64,000 nucleotides of DNA, taken from the IMG/VR virus record IMGVR_UViG_3300035670_000058, positions 32,001 through 96,000 of that record. The stretch is one strand, 5' to 3'. Below, in pieces: positions 53,994-63,479 of the stretch; within the stretch, counting starts at the first letter, position 1; the number at the start of each line of letters is the position of its first letter. The notes under the pieces were generated by a model that saw only the letters and a list, made by a program, of their open reading frames with translations, searched no databases and was not told the origin of the DNA. Source of the DNA: a virus. The translations under genes and the position numbers were made by a program.

Positions 53994-54331
53994 CTTTCAC
54001 AACTCAAATTCACAATTAGGGCCGGTTATACGCCGGCCCTAATTCATATTACCCAGGTTGCGTGATTGCGCAAGTACGCAAGACCCCCCCCTATATTCGC
54101 ATCGAATTAGTGCACATTCAACGCCGTCGAGCTCTGTTACTGTACATAAATCCGAGGTCAACTTTTTGAAACTTTTTAGAATACGTCTGCCTTCATTCTG
54201 AAGGTACTATACAAAAATACGAGGTCAATTTTTTCCAGTTTTTTAGAAGACCTCTAGAGTAAAAAAATGGGAGCAAAAATTTCACAGTTTTTTAGATAAC
54301 TCTCGTCATAGTATACGGTAAAATTGGGCAT

Positions 54332-54916
54332 AAAAAAGTAAAGCCCCCAAGGAGCAAACGACTTCGGGGGGAAAGTCATTCGATCAACTTGGAGGCTTTA
54401 CTTTGATCTGAACAACAGCCGAAATTAATTTTCAGATCAAAGCAAGGATCAGCGCCGCATACGTGGCGGCATCTATTCAGTTAGGTTCTGCGCCCTATCA
54501 GTACATTTGGGCGCAGAGTCTGGTTGCTTTACAACAAAGGATTTTTTGCTGTATTACTACGTGAATTTGAGTGTTCCTTGGCAACCTTTCTGTCAATGGA
54601 GAGTCTAGACTTCCTGACAGTGCCGCTGGGGTCGCTTTCACGTATACTGACCAGAACTATCCAACAACCACATTGGGGTACAATATAGTTGTTATATAGC
54701 CGAAGGTTTTGATTGACCTATCAGATGCATTCAGTCAATCAATCAGATGCATGATACGCAGATAAGGGGCCGTGAGACACCCTCTGTGTATGATGCAGAG
54801 AACGAGATTTCCAAATCATTCTCTTACGTCTGTCTGATATCAGCAGAGAGTTTGCCAGAAGGAGTCCTGATCTTTTGAGGGACCAGAGGTTTCTGGTTGT
54901 CTCCCCCGCTGCTGAT
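54332..54916 (-). ncRNA. Candidate large structured non-coding RNA (~585 nt); strand tentative
   Basis: No credible ORF; at least 8 consecutive or nested stems; minus-strand TTGACG-17-TACAGT promoter (54951-54923) and terminator-like stem plus T6 at 54404-54332. Confidence 0.6.
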
Positions 54917-55599
54917 GTATGTACTGTACCGTGCCCCAGACGACCCGTCAAGTTGCGGTTCGGTTACAACTCGGGGGCAAAGGCTCTATTTTTGGGAGCC
55001 GAGGGATAAAAACTCACCTTGACAACCAATTGCCAATCGGCTATGCTAGTAGGTACAGAGAGGGGAGTATTTTATCGCCTGAAATCTGGTCGATTTTTTC
55101 GACAGTTAATGTGGCTTGTCCGCAGTAGAATTGCGGTAGTAACCATTTCGGCGTCCTTTGTTCGAACAGTTGTTCTTGAATTCCTTTCAGGGAGGAATTG
55201 TTTCGTTGGACCCAGATTATGAAGCCTACCGATTGTGCGGCAAGTGTGGGAATATGAAACCTCAGACAGAGGAATATTTCTACATCATGCGCCCAAGAGG
55301 GCCGCACAAGAGCATCGGTTGGCAATCGTATTGCCGCGAGTGCTGGAAAGACATCAATGCGGCGAATAAACTTCGCAGGAAGTTGGCGTGCAAGTGACCT
55401 ACATCAACACTGATTGCTGGTGCTATGGTGTCGGTTGCGAGTGGTGTTTCTGTGGATGGGATGAGCAATGACGTTTGTGAAGTGTTCTGTTCCTGTTGGC
55501 GCTAGGCCGGTGTTCCATTTCTGCAATCGCAGGAATGAACTCGCCTCTTGTCTGCACTGCAAGAAGGTTTTCTGCAAGCAGCACATGAGCAGACATCGC

Positions 55600-56880
55600 T
55601 CATAACTCCTGCACAGGGACACAGCCCCATTTCGGAATCAATGCCCTATTGACAACAGTCTCATTGTAGTCATAGGGCACTCTACTCGATACCGTGTTAT
55701 CACAGGTCTTACAGTAAGCAACTAAATAAATCTCGTCACTATAGACAAACGCTTCATGTGACGAGCCACGAACAGGCATGAATGAGTACATCCAATTGTG
55801 CTGCATTTGTGCCTGTTCTTTTGTTTGCAAAGCTTCAAGCATTTCTGCTGGTAATTCTGTCATTCACATTCACTCCTTATTTCCTCTATCCATGTTGGAC
55901 CAAATTCATACACGATATCATATTCATATGACCCATAAAGTCTAAACCCTTTCTCCTCGCATTTAAGGCATTGCATAGCCTTACGCTTTTTGACTGTTCC
56001 TTTACCTGTTGTAGTGTTAAACTTTTTATTCCAACTAAGTGTTATTTCCTCCATAGGACAGCCACAGTATTCGCAAAATTTGCGAGGGGGCCAGAACCTG
56101 TCCTTGATCTGCCAAGGAATCATTCTCGCTCCTTGTCATACTTAGCCCAAATCTCTAGGTTTGCTTTCTCATCCTCTGGATCACGTAGCCTCTCTAGGGC
56201 ATGTTCTGGTACTTCATGTCCTGCTGCTCGGTGTTCCATCAGATGATGGATCATCGCTTGATTGCTGCGGAACACATGAGGTACTGCTTTGGTTGTTTTC
56301 ATATAGCCCTTGAATAGTTTATATGTGGGATCATCCACCCATTCGTACTCCTGTAGCCCGCACATGCAGCACTCAATACCGTCTGCGCTTGTGAATACAT
56401 ATACATCGCCTTCTAAGAATCTGCAATAACTCATGTTTCCTCCTTGCGCCCTTTAGGAAAACCTCCGGTCCAAGGTTCTCCTTCAAGATAGTCATAGATT
56501 GCATCCATACACCAATAAAAACCAACTTCAAATGCTTCCTTAGGATCAAGACCGTAACTTCTGCTTACTGGTCGGGGTGGTTCCAGTTGTTCAATATAAT
56601 CCTCTAGCGCTCTGGCATATTTCATTGGCATCGGGCGCACATCAAGCGATGGGCAGATGCATTCATTTTTTGCACATCTGCCATCACATTTATCTATGTC
56701 CAGTGACGGTATCTTGGAAATAATCTTCTCTGCAACTGGAACAAGGTCTTTACCCCACCACTCAGGTCCCAGTATCTGGGCATCATTGATAGCAACAGCC
56801 AGTGTTAAAGCATCAATACCAATGATTGTTGAGCCAGAATCTCCACGCTCCACAGGCTGATCCATATCTTCCATTGACAT
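55600..56880 (-). CDS. Four hypothetical proteins (55600-55863, 55860-56123, 56120-56434, 56431-~56880)
   Basis: ATGA-coupled ORFs with SD motifs. Confidence 0.6.
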
Positions 56881-57379
56881 ATCCTATACCCCACTTTACC
56901 TGTGTAATTGGATTTGTTTTCCAATCATCTCCTGCGGATGCCATCTTGCGCCCCGGCAATGCTTGGGGAATTCCATAGGCTCCGCTGTTCTTGTTATAAG
57001 CGTTCCAGCGCCATCCGCTCTCTTTATTGAAGAGATTGTAGATACAGGAATACTGGTTATTTCCCAGTCTTTTGCGCGCATATTTTTGCGCTGCGGTCTT
57101 TGATACCACCGGAACGTTTTGTGCCCTTCTAGGGGCTTTCTTGGGCTTCACAGAGGCTTTTACGATAGGTACTTCGACAACAGGTCGAGTTGAAGGTAAA
57201 ACTGTGAAGTCATAATCAGCATACACGTCCAGAGCCGTTGGCTTGTAGGTGTAGTTGAACTTGGTAAACTGAAAATCAGGCAAGGGATTGTATGACTCGC
57301 TTGGGGTCATACCACTTGCCTGACTGCATCCCGCTAGAAAGATTATTCCTAGTGAGGCACTAATAATTCTCTTCTTCAA
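56813..57379 (-). CDS. Lytic transglycosylase (SLT-like) lipoprotein
   Basis: SD GAGGAGGAG before TTG 57379; signal peptide with lipobox LAGC; KESGW...A.N..SGAYGIPQA, QVKWG..YV..RYG. Confidence 0.85.
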   Translation of the reverse strand: MKKRIISASLGIIFLAGCSQASGMTPSESYNPLPDFQFTKFNYTYKPTALDVYADYDFTVLPSTRPVVEVPIVKASVKPKKAPRRAQNVPVVSKTAAQKYARKRLGNNQYSCIYNLFNKESGWRWNAYNKNSGAYGIPQALPGRKMASAGDDWKTNPITQVKWGIGYVNGRYGSACGAWRFWLNNHWY

Positions 57380-57447
57380 ATATTTCTCCTCCTCACCGGG
57401 GAGCCTGTGTACATGGTAGCACACAGCACCCCCTAGGGTCAAGTCTG

Positions 57448-57660
57448 CTAGGAAAACGGCAACTTGTCACGTTGAACCTCGGACCCGTCTTTAGGTACAA
57501 TGTCAATATCCCTAAGGCCGCATCTGGTACAGACCCAGACCATAATAGTTTTATTTAACTTCTTTACTTTTCTTCTTCCTAATCTGATAGGAGCATAGCA
57601 ACACTTGCTTCTGTACCCGTAGTCTAAGATAGTAACCTCCTCTGAGTATGCTCTGAGCAT
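57448..57660 (-). CDS. Small zinc-ribbon protein
   Basis: SKCCYAP...VCTRCG; upstream TTGAAC-18-TACAAT promoter. Confidence 0.55.
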   Translation of the reverse strand: MLRAYSEEVTILDYGYRSKCCYAPIRLGRRKVKKLNKTIMVWVCTRCGLRDIDIVPKDGSEVQRDKLPFS

Positions 57661-57814
57661 ACTCTATATATTACTTAGTATATATATGCACCCTCCCCGC
57701 TCCACCCAATCGCTATTGTAGCAGTGCATATACCCTAGGTTCAAGTCAAAAAATAAAATTGCTAGAGAGCAAGCCTATGAAGCCCAAAAAGTCCTGACAG
57801 GAGCGTTTATAAGA

Positions 57815-58279
57815 ATGTCACTCACAAAGAAACCTAAAATATATGACTACTACGTCCTAGTGTATAAGCCCTCTCACCCCGCAGTTGTGGGCGATGGCTA
57901 TGTACCTGAACAGATTCTCGTTGCAGAAGAAGAACTAGGACGTTACCTATATCCAGACGAATCAGTACGACACAAGAACGGGGACACAAATGACAATAGG
58001 CCAAGTAACTTGGAGGTTGTATCGGCTAGCCACGGATACAAGATAGTTAATCTTGGTACTGAGCATGTTGAACCCCGCAAGGGTGCTTCTCGCACGTTTA
58101 TGCCTTGCAAGTTTCAGAAGCCGTGCTGGAAAGAGATTAGAGCGCCTATGGCGAGAAAGCACAAGATTTACCTTCCCTACATTTGCAGTTATCAGGAGTC
58201 AGGGGATGTATACAAGTGTTCAAGATTTTGGGGTTATGTTGATAAAGTTACAGAAGAAAGAGGGAGCGATAAAAATTGA
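57815..58279 (+). CDS. HNH endonuclease-domain protein
   Basis: GYVPE..LVAEE.LGRYL...E.V.HKNGD..DNRPSNL. Confidence 0.8.
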   Translation: MSLTKKPKIYDYYVLVYKPSHPAVVGDGYVPEQILVAEEELGRYLYPDESVRHKNGDTNDNRPSNLEVVSASHGYKIVNLGTEHVEPRKGASRTFMPCKFQKPCWKEIRAPMARKHKIYLPYICSYQESGDVYKCSRFWGYVDKVTEERGSDKN

Positions 58280-60141
58280 GCGAAGTCTATCAGCCTACAG
58301 GGCTAGCAGAGGTTATATTTAGAGAAAGATACGCCATTCAACCCGACGAGACATGGGTTGAAGCAAGCAGACGACTGGCAACACACGTAGCGGCTGCGGA
58401 ACACAATGGAAACAAGACCCCAATAAGTGAGCAGTTCTACGAGGAAATTGTCACTAATCGGTTTATGCCGGGAGGAAGGATTTGGTATGGGAGTGGTCGT
58501 CCTCGCGGTCAGTTGCTTAACTGTTTTGTTGTTCCTACTTCTGATAGCCGCGAAGGATGGGGGAAAACAATACACGACGTTATTGTCGTATCTGGCATGG
58601 GGGGTGGCGTTGGTATTAATTGCTCTCCTATCCGTCCTCGCGGTTCTAGGATTAATGGTACTGGGGGAATTGCCACAGGTGCTGTATCACTTATGCAGAT
58701 GATCAATGCTGTCGGTGACGTATTGGTCAGTGGTGGAGGGCGCAGACTAGCCCTCATGTTAGACTTGAATATCACACATCCCGATATGATTGAGTTTATT
58801 GATGCAAAGCTTGACCGGGATGAATTAAAGAATGCAAACGTATCGGTGATCATTGACAAGCGACTGCCTACGGATGCATTCATAGGCAAGGTGCGAAATG
58901 GGGAAAATTTTGATCTGGTTTACTCTGGTACGACTCACGGGACAGTCAACGCCAAGGAGTTATGGGAAAAGATCGTCAGCAACGCATGGTCGGCAGGAGA
59001 GCCGGGTGTACTGAATGGTGATCTTGCTAATAAAGAGTCTAATATTTGGTATTATAAGCCACTTGTTTCTACTAACCCTTGCGGCGAGATTTGGCTTGAA
59101 GAGTACGGTTCATGCGATCTGGGTGCTATTGTTCTTCCTAGGTTTGTATCTTCTACTGGCACCTTTGACTGGGATCAACTGGCTAAGACGGTTAAGGTCG
59201 GGGTCAGATTCCTAGACAATGTTCTTTCTGTTAACGAATACCCGCTTCCAGAGATTCGTGATAACAACAACACGATTAGACGCCTTGGATTAGGCATTAT
59301 GGGCCTACACTCCATGCTCATCCAGTTGGGATATCGCTACTCATCTCCAGAAGCATTGGCATTTGTCAATGATCTGATGGCTTTCATAAAGGAAGTCGCT
59401 TATACTGCATCTATCGATCTTGCTGTTGAGAAGGGACCGTTCCCTGCATTCGATGCTAATGGTTTCTTGGCTTCAGGATTTGTCAAGCGGGCAATTCCTA
59501 AGCACATCAAGCGCTCGATTCGGGAGCATGGAATTCGCAATGCTGCAATACTGACGATTGCCCCAACAGGGACAACAGGTATGGTAAGTAATGTGTCTAC
59601 TGGTATTGAACCACTATTCTCTGCGGCATATTGGCGACGGTTCTACAGGCCAACACCTGATGGAAGCCGGCAATTAGATAAAGAGTTGGTCGTTGATCCT
59701 CTATGGGATCAAGTCGATGATGTTAGCGTTCTTGAAGGCGCATACGATGTTAAGCCTGAGTATCACTTCGAAATGCAGAAGATTTGCCAGTCGCACATTG
59801 ACAATGCGACAAGCAAGACGATCAACTTAGCAGAAAATTACCCAGTTGAATCTCTATCAGACCTATGGCTAGAATATCTCCCATACGTCAAGGGCACCAC
59901 CTTCTACCGTGCTGGTAGCCGTGGCGAGGAGCCTCTTGAGGCCATCCCTCTTGACGAAGCCAAGCGATTAGTTGCTCAATCATCTTCCCATAATCATGCG
60001 ACCGTTGCTGAACAGAACAGCATGGATTGCCCCGATGGAGTCTGCGAGATTCCTGAGGATTTGAAGCCCCGTATAGGGTATATGGAAGGTCAGGCATGGA
60101 TGCGTGATGAGGGACCAGTCCCAACAATCAAAATGATATAG
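58276..60141 (+). CDS. nrdJ: Class II (adenosylcobalamin-dependent) ribonucleotide reductase
   Basis: FMPGGR, LLNCFV, GGGVG, GEPG, TNPCGE, RRLGLG.MG, TIAPTGT, ID...SKT.N; no beta-subunit gene in window. Confidence 0.88.
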   Translation: MSEVYQPTGLAEVIFRERYAIQPDETWVEASRRLATHVAAAEHNGNKTPISEQFYEEIVTNRFMPGGRIWYGSGRPRGQLLNCFVVPTSDSREGWGKTIHDVIVVSGMGGGVGINCSPIRPRGSRINGTGGIATGAVSLMQMINAVGDVLVSGGGRRLALMLDLNITHPDMIEFIDAKLDRDELKNANVSVIIDKRLPTDAFIGKVRNGENFDLVYSGTTHGTVNAKELWEKIVSNAWSAGEPGVLNGDLANKESNIWYYKPLVSTNPCGEIWLEEYGSCDLGAIVLPRFVSSTGTFDWDQLAKTVKVGVRFLDNVLSVNEYPLPEIRDNNNTIRRLGLGIMGLHSMLIQLGYRYSSPEALAFVNDLMAFIKEVAYTASIDLAVEKGPFPAFDANGFLASGFVKRAIPKHIKRSIREHGIRNAAILTIAPTGTTGMVSNVSTGIEPLFSAAYWRRFYRPTPDGSRQLDKELVVDPLWDQVDDVSVLEGAYDVKPEYHFEMQKICQSHIDNATSKTINLAENYPVESLSDLWLEYLPYVKGTTFYRAGSRGEEPLEAIPLDEAKRLVAQSSSHNHATVAEQNSMDCPDGVCEIPEDLKPRIGYMEGQAWMRDEGPVPTIKMI

Positions 60142-60149
60142 GAGAAATA

Positions 60150-60437
60150 ATGGTACGACCCGGTAGACCGATGCACCATGTGCATAACTGGCAATTGAAG
60201 ATCAAGCGCTTTGACCCAAGAATGACCCAGAACGAGAAGGGTTGGTACGGATTCTACGCTGAACGCTACTGGGAATGTATTCGTGGGGGAAAGGTTAAGC
60301 ATGTTATGCCTTCAAAGGAGTATCCTGCATACGCGCAGGATTTTGACAGCGATGGCTTCTTTAGATGGAAACAGTTAGAACCTAAAGTTTTCGTTGCTCT
60401 ATCAGGGAGTCCTTACGTTGTCGAAGACCCTTATTGA
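60150..60437 (+). CDS. Hypothetical protein
   Basis: SD AGGAG. Confidence 0.55.
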   Translation: MVRPGRPMHHVHNWQLKIKRFDPRMTQNEKGWYGFYAERYWECIRGGKVKHVMPSKEYPAYAQDFDSDGFFRWKQLEPKVFVALSGSPYVVEDPY

Positions 60438-61458
60438 AGTATTAACTGAACAAGAAATCGAGTTAAACTCAAGCGGCAATGGCAGATGGGTTGCGGTGTG
60501 TCCTTTTCACGAAGGCGACCGTGACCCATCTTTCACTGTTTATACGCATAATGATACGTATTATTGCTTTGGCTGCAACGCTTGGGGAGATGCTGTCAAA
60601 TTCCTTTGTGACTACAAGGGATGGACTACCAAAGAAGCACAAGACTATGTTGGAGTAGACCATGAGTACAAAAAAGCAGAAAAACCGAAGGTTATCAAGA
60701 CTAAGAACACTCTACGGACTTGGGAATTCCTCGATAGAGTGGCACAAATCTATCACGCCAACCTACTCACCACTAATGGTGCCTTTACCTACCTTAGAAG
60801 CCGGGGACTCAGTGACGCTACGATACGAGATTACCATCTCGGCTATACCGACGGAAGACTCCTTCAAATTGATCTCGCTGGAGACTTCGAAATCGCGCAC
60901 GAATGTGGACTCATCAATAACAACGGGTACGAAACCCTTGCCCACCGCATCACCATCCCAAACTACTGCGGGGTGGGACGGTGTGATTATATCATGGGAA
61001 GAACTGTAACAAATGATCGCATCAAGTATCTAGGGCTGCGAATGCCCAAGCCAATATACGGTTTTACTGCAAATGCTAAATCACCGATCCTATTTATGGC
61101 AGAAGGACAGTTTGATTGGCTGATCTTGGAGCAGTGGGGATATCCCTCTATTGTTATGTCTGGTAGTCATCTTCCGCGCTATCATCAGATGTCGCTAAGG
61201 GATAAGATGGTAATCATCATCCCTGATAATGATTCTACCGGCCAAGAAACCGCAAAGAAAGTGCATGCGTCCTTGTCCAACAGTTATATCCTAGAATATA
61301 GCCAGTTGGGGGTAAAAGATATAGGAGAATTAGGAGCGCTTCCAGACGGTGAGCGCATGCTAGCAGAATTGCTAAAGGAGCAGGAATGGTATCAAACTAT
61401 ACGTTCGTCGAAGGATCACTGGATGAAGTGGTTGCCGAATTCTCTAACGCAAACGTAG
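60418..61458 (+). CDS. dnaG: DNA primase (CHC2 zinc finger plus TOPRIM)
   Basis: CPFH..D.PSF.V.....YCFGC...GD; YL.SRGL; AEGQFD; PDND..G; KD. Confidence 0.92.
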   Translation: MSKTLIEVLTEQEIELNSSGNGRWVAVCPFHEGDRDPSFTVYTHNDTYYCFGCNAWGDAVKFLCDYKGWTTKEAQDYVGVDHEYKKAEKPKVIKTKNTLRTWEFLDRVAQIYHANLLTTNGAFTYLRSRGLSDATIRDYHLGYTDGRLLQIDLAGDFEIAHECGLINNNGYETLAHRITIPNYCGVGRCDYIMGRTVTNDRIKYLGLRMPKPIYGFTANAKSPILFMAEGQFDWLILEQWGYPSIVMSGSHLPRYHQMSLRDKMVIIIPDNDSTGQETAKKVHASLSNSYILEYSQLGVKDIGELGALPDGERMLAELLKEQEWYQTIRSSKDHWMKWLPNSLTQT

Positions 61459-63185
61459 TTGCCTTCGATCTGGAAACAACGGGCCTCAATCCTATAGACA
61501 GCCGCATCATCTTGGCGCAGTTGGGATTTCCTGATAAGACCTTTGTTATTGATGCTATAAAGGTAGATATTTCTCCCTTGCTCCCGTTCTTCAAGGACCG
61601 CAAGTGGTTGAAACTGATCCAGCAGTCCAAGTTTGAACGTAAATTCATGCAGCACTACTACAATATCCAAATCAACGGTGTTTGGGATACGTTCCTAGCA
61701 GAGAAACTGCTTGTCACAGATACAACGACAAGTGCTTCCCTTGAAGCGCTTGCGTTGAAGTATGCAAATGTGCAACTGAACAAATCCATCCGCAAAGGTT
61801 TTACTGAGGCCCGTGCAGTATCCGCATTCACAAAGGGTGAGTTGGATTATGCTGCGGATGATGTTATTGTGCTGTTTCCTATCTACGAAGGGCAGCGAGA
61901 AGCAATTGAGAAGCATCAACTAGGCAAGGTTGCTGATCTGGAGTTTGAGCTTGCACAGATTGTAGCAAATATGGAGTTGGTCGGTGTTCCTATTGACCAG
62001 ACCAAATGGCACAATATTCTGCTTCAAACTAAGGCAGAGCATGAGCAGTCAAGGCTAAAATTGAATGCGCTGCTTTTTGATGAAGGTAAGAATGCCGAGC
62101 AGATGGGCTTGTTTGTGCGGGATGGGATCAATTTAAACTCTGTACCGCAAGTAAAGAAGGCATTTACCAATCTGGGCATCAAGATTGATGCTACCAACGA
62201 GCGGGAGATCGGATTGATCGATCATCCGGCAGCAAAGGAGTTACTAAGATACCGTGGATTACAAAAGACTCTCTCAGCATACGGTGACTCATTCCTTGGT
62301 TATATCCATCCCTTTACCGGACGGATTCATGCCGACTTTCGACAACTTGGCACAGATACTGGCAGATTTTCTTGCAAGGAACCCAATTTACAGCAAATGC
62401 CAGATAACTTCCGTCAATGTGTCGGGAGCATGGACGGGAGCGAGGTGGTCATCGCAGCAGATTATAGTCAAATTGAACTCAGAATCCTTGCCGAGTTAAG
62501 CCAAGACCCTAACTTTATGAAATCCTTCACATCTGGTGAGGATTTGCACAAGGCAACGGCTGCTACAATGTTCAATATTCCTATCGAGGATGTTACCAAG
62601 GAGCAGCGCTTCATTGCCAAGACAATCAACTTTGGATTGGCTTATGGAATGGGGAGCAACAAACTCCGCGATATCCTAAACTCTGAGGCAGAGAAGAATG
62701 GAACCTCCAAGTACGGAGAGTTGCAGACCAAGCGTCTGATCGCCAAGTACAAGAATGCCTATCAGAAGGTTATTGACTGGCTGGACGAGGCTGGGATCGC
62801 TGCCTTCCGTAACGGATATTCAGAGACTATGTATGGTAGAAAGCGATTCTTTGTGCGCCCTGCACAGGGAATCTCGCAGCAGGATTACGATCAGCAGTTG
62901 TCAGGAATCAAGCGGCAGGGAGCAAATGCCCCAATTCAGGGTACAAATGCTGATATTACTAAACTGGCAATGGTCGATATCCACAGGGAATTGCGAAACA
63001 ATGGATTCAGCGCAAATATTATCATTCAGGTCCACGATGAAATCGTTGTGCTAGCCCGTAAAGACGAAGCAGAGGCTGTTAGATCAATTGTAGTGGCTTC
63101 TATGATTGAAGCCGCAGAGGTACTGCTAAAGACGGTACCCGTGAAAGTTGAAGCATATATAGCCGATATTTGGAAGAAGGGATAG
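61386..63185 (+). CDS. polA: Family A DNA polymerase (3'-5' exonuclease plus polymerase; no 5'-3' exonuclease)
   Basis: FDLETTGL, TGRFSCKEPNLQQMP, ADYSQIELRILA, RFIAKTINFGLAYG, NAPIQGT, QVHDE. Confidence 0.95.
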   Translation: MVSNYTFVEGSLDEVVAEFSNANVVAFDLETTGLNPIDSRIILAQLGFPDKTFVIDAIKVDISPLLPFFKDRKWLKLIQQSKFERKFMQHYYNIQINGVWDTFLAEKLLVTDTTTSASLEALALKYANVQLNKSIRKGFTEARAVSAFTKGELDYAADDVIVLFPIYEGQREAIEKHQLGKVADLEFELAQIVANMELVGVPIDQTKWHNILLQTKAEHEQSRLKLNALLFDEGKNAEQMGLFVRDGINLNSVPQVKKAFTNLGIKIDATNEREIGLIDHPAAKELLRYRGLQKTLSAYGDSFLGYIHPFTGRIHADFRQLGTDTGRFSCKEPNLQQMPDNFRQCVGSMDGSEVVIAADYSQIELRILAELSQDPNFMKSFTSGEDLHKATAATMFNIPIEDVTKEQRFIAKTINFGLAYGMGSNKLRDILNSEAEKNGTSKYGELQTKRLIAKYKNAYQKVIDWLDEAGIAAFRNGYSETMYGRKRFFVRPAQGISQQDYDQQLSGIKRQGANAPIQGTNADITKLAMVDIHRELRNNGFSANIIIQVHDEIVVLARKDEAEAVRSIVVASMIEAAEVLLKTVPVKVEAYIADIWKKG

Positions 63186-63188
63186 CCT

Positions 63189-63479
63189 ATGCCAGAATCA
63201 GATTGGAACAAACTTTTAGCGGGGATTGATTTTACGCTCCCTGAGGGTGGCTCGCCTCCGAGTATAGAGAAAACACCGTCTAAAGAGGCTAGTAGAATGG
63301 CCGGCAAGAAGGTTTTTGTTCAAAAGATAATCACTGAGGTATGGCTATACACAGATGTAGAAGGTAAAGCCTTTGGGCATCAAGGACTACAAGATATTAT
63401 AATTGTAGGAGAAATGCCCTACGATGAGGCGATCAAGATGATTGGAGAGCGCAAGAACAAGCGCAGAAGAAGCGGCTGA
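63189..63479 (+). CDS. Hypothetical protein
   Basis: ORF immediately after polA. Confidence 0.55.
   Translation: MPESDWNKLLAGIDFTLPEGGSPPSIEKTPSKEASRMAGKKVFVQKIITEVWLYTDVEGKAFGHQGLQDIIIVGEMPYDEAIKMIGERKNKRRRSG

Larger units (their letters stand above)
46740..54060 (+). repeat. Periodic array (~760-bp units) of conserved non-coding spacers alternating with single-gene cassettes
   Basis: AGCCAAT(A/G)GA at 46761, 46831, 46871, 47637, 47759, 47795, 48515, 48549, 49278, 49311, 50050, 50084, 50808, 50843, 51560, 51593, 52307, 52360, 53164, all on +; followed by GAATTGAATT, GTTCTGTTCCTGT and GCCGGC motifs. Confidence 0.9.

Noticed and set aside
46740-54060. Classical integron attC array
   Set aside because: No RYYYAAC/GTTRRRY-bounded palindromes or integrase; cassettes carry their own promoters and face both ways
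54332-54916. tmRNA, RNase P RNA or self-splicing intron
   Set aside because: No tRNA-like ends, no GAGGAAAGUCC motif, no interrupted host gene recognised
61386-61458. Programmed primase-polymerase frameshift fusion
   Set aside because: The 73-bp overlap is explained by the polymerase's own SD (AAGGAG) and ATG; no slippery sequence seen
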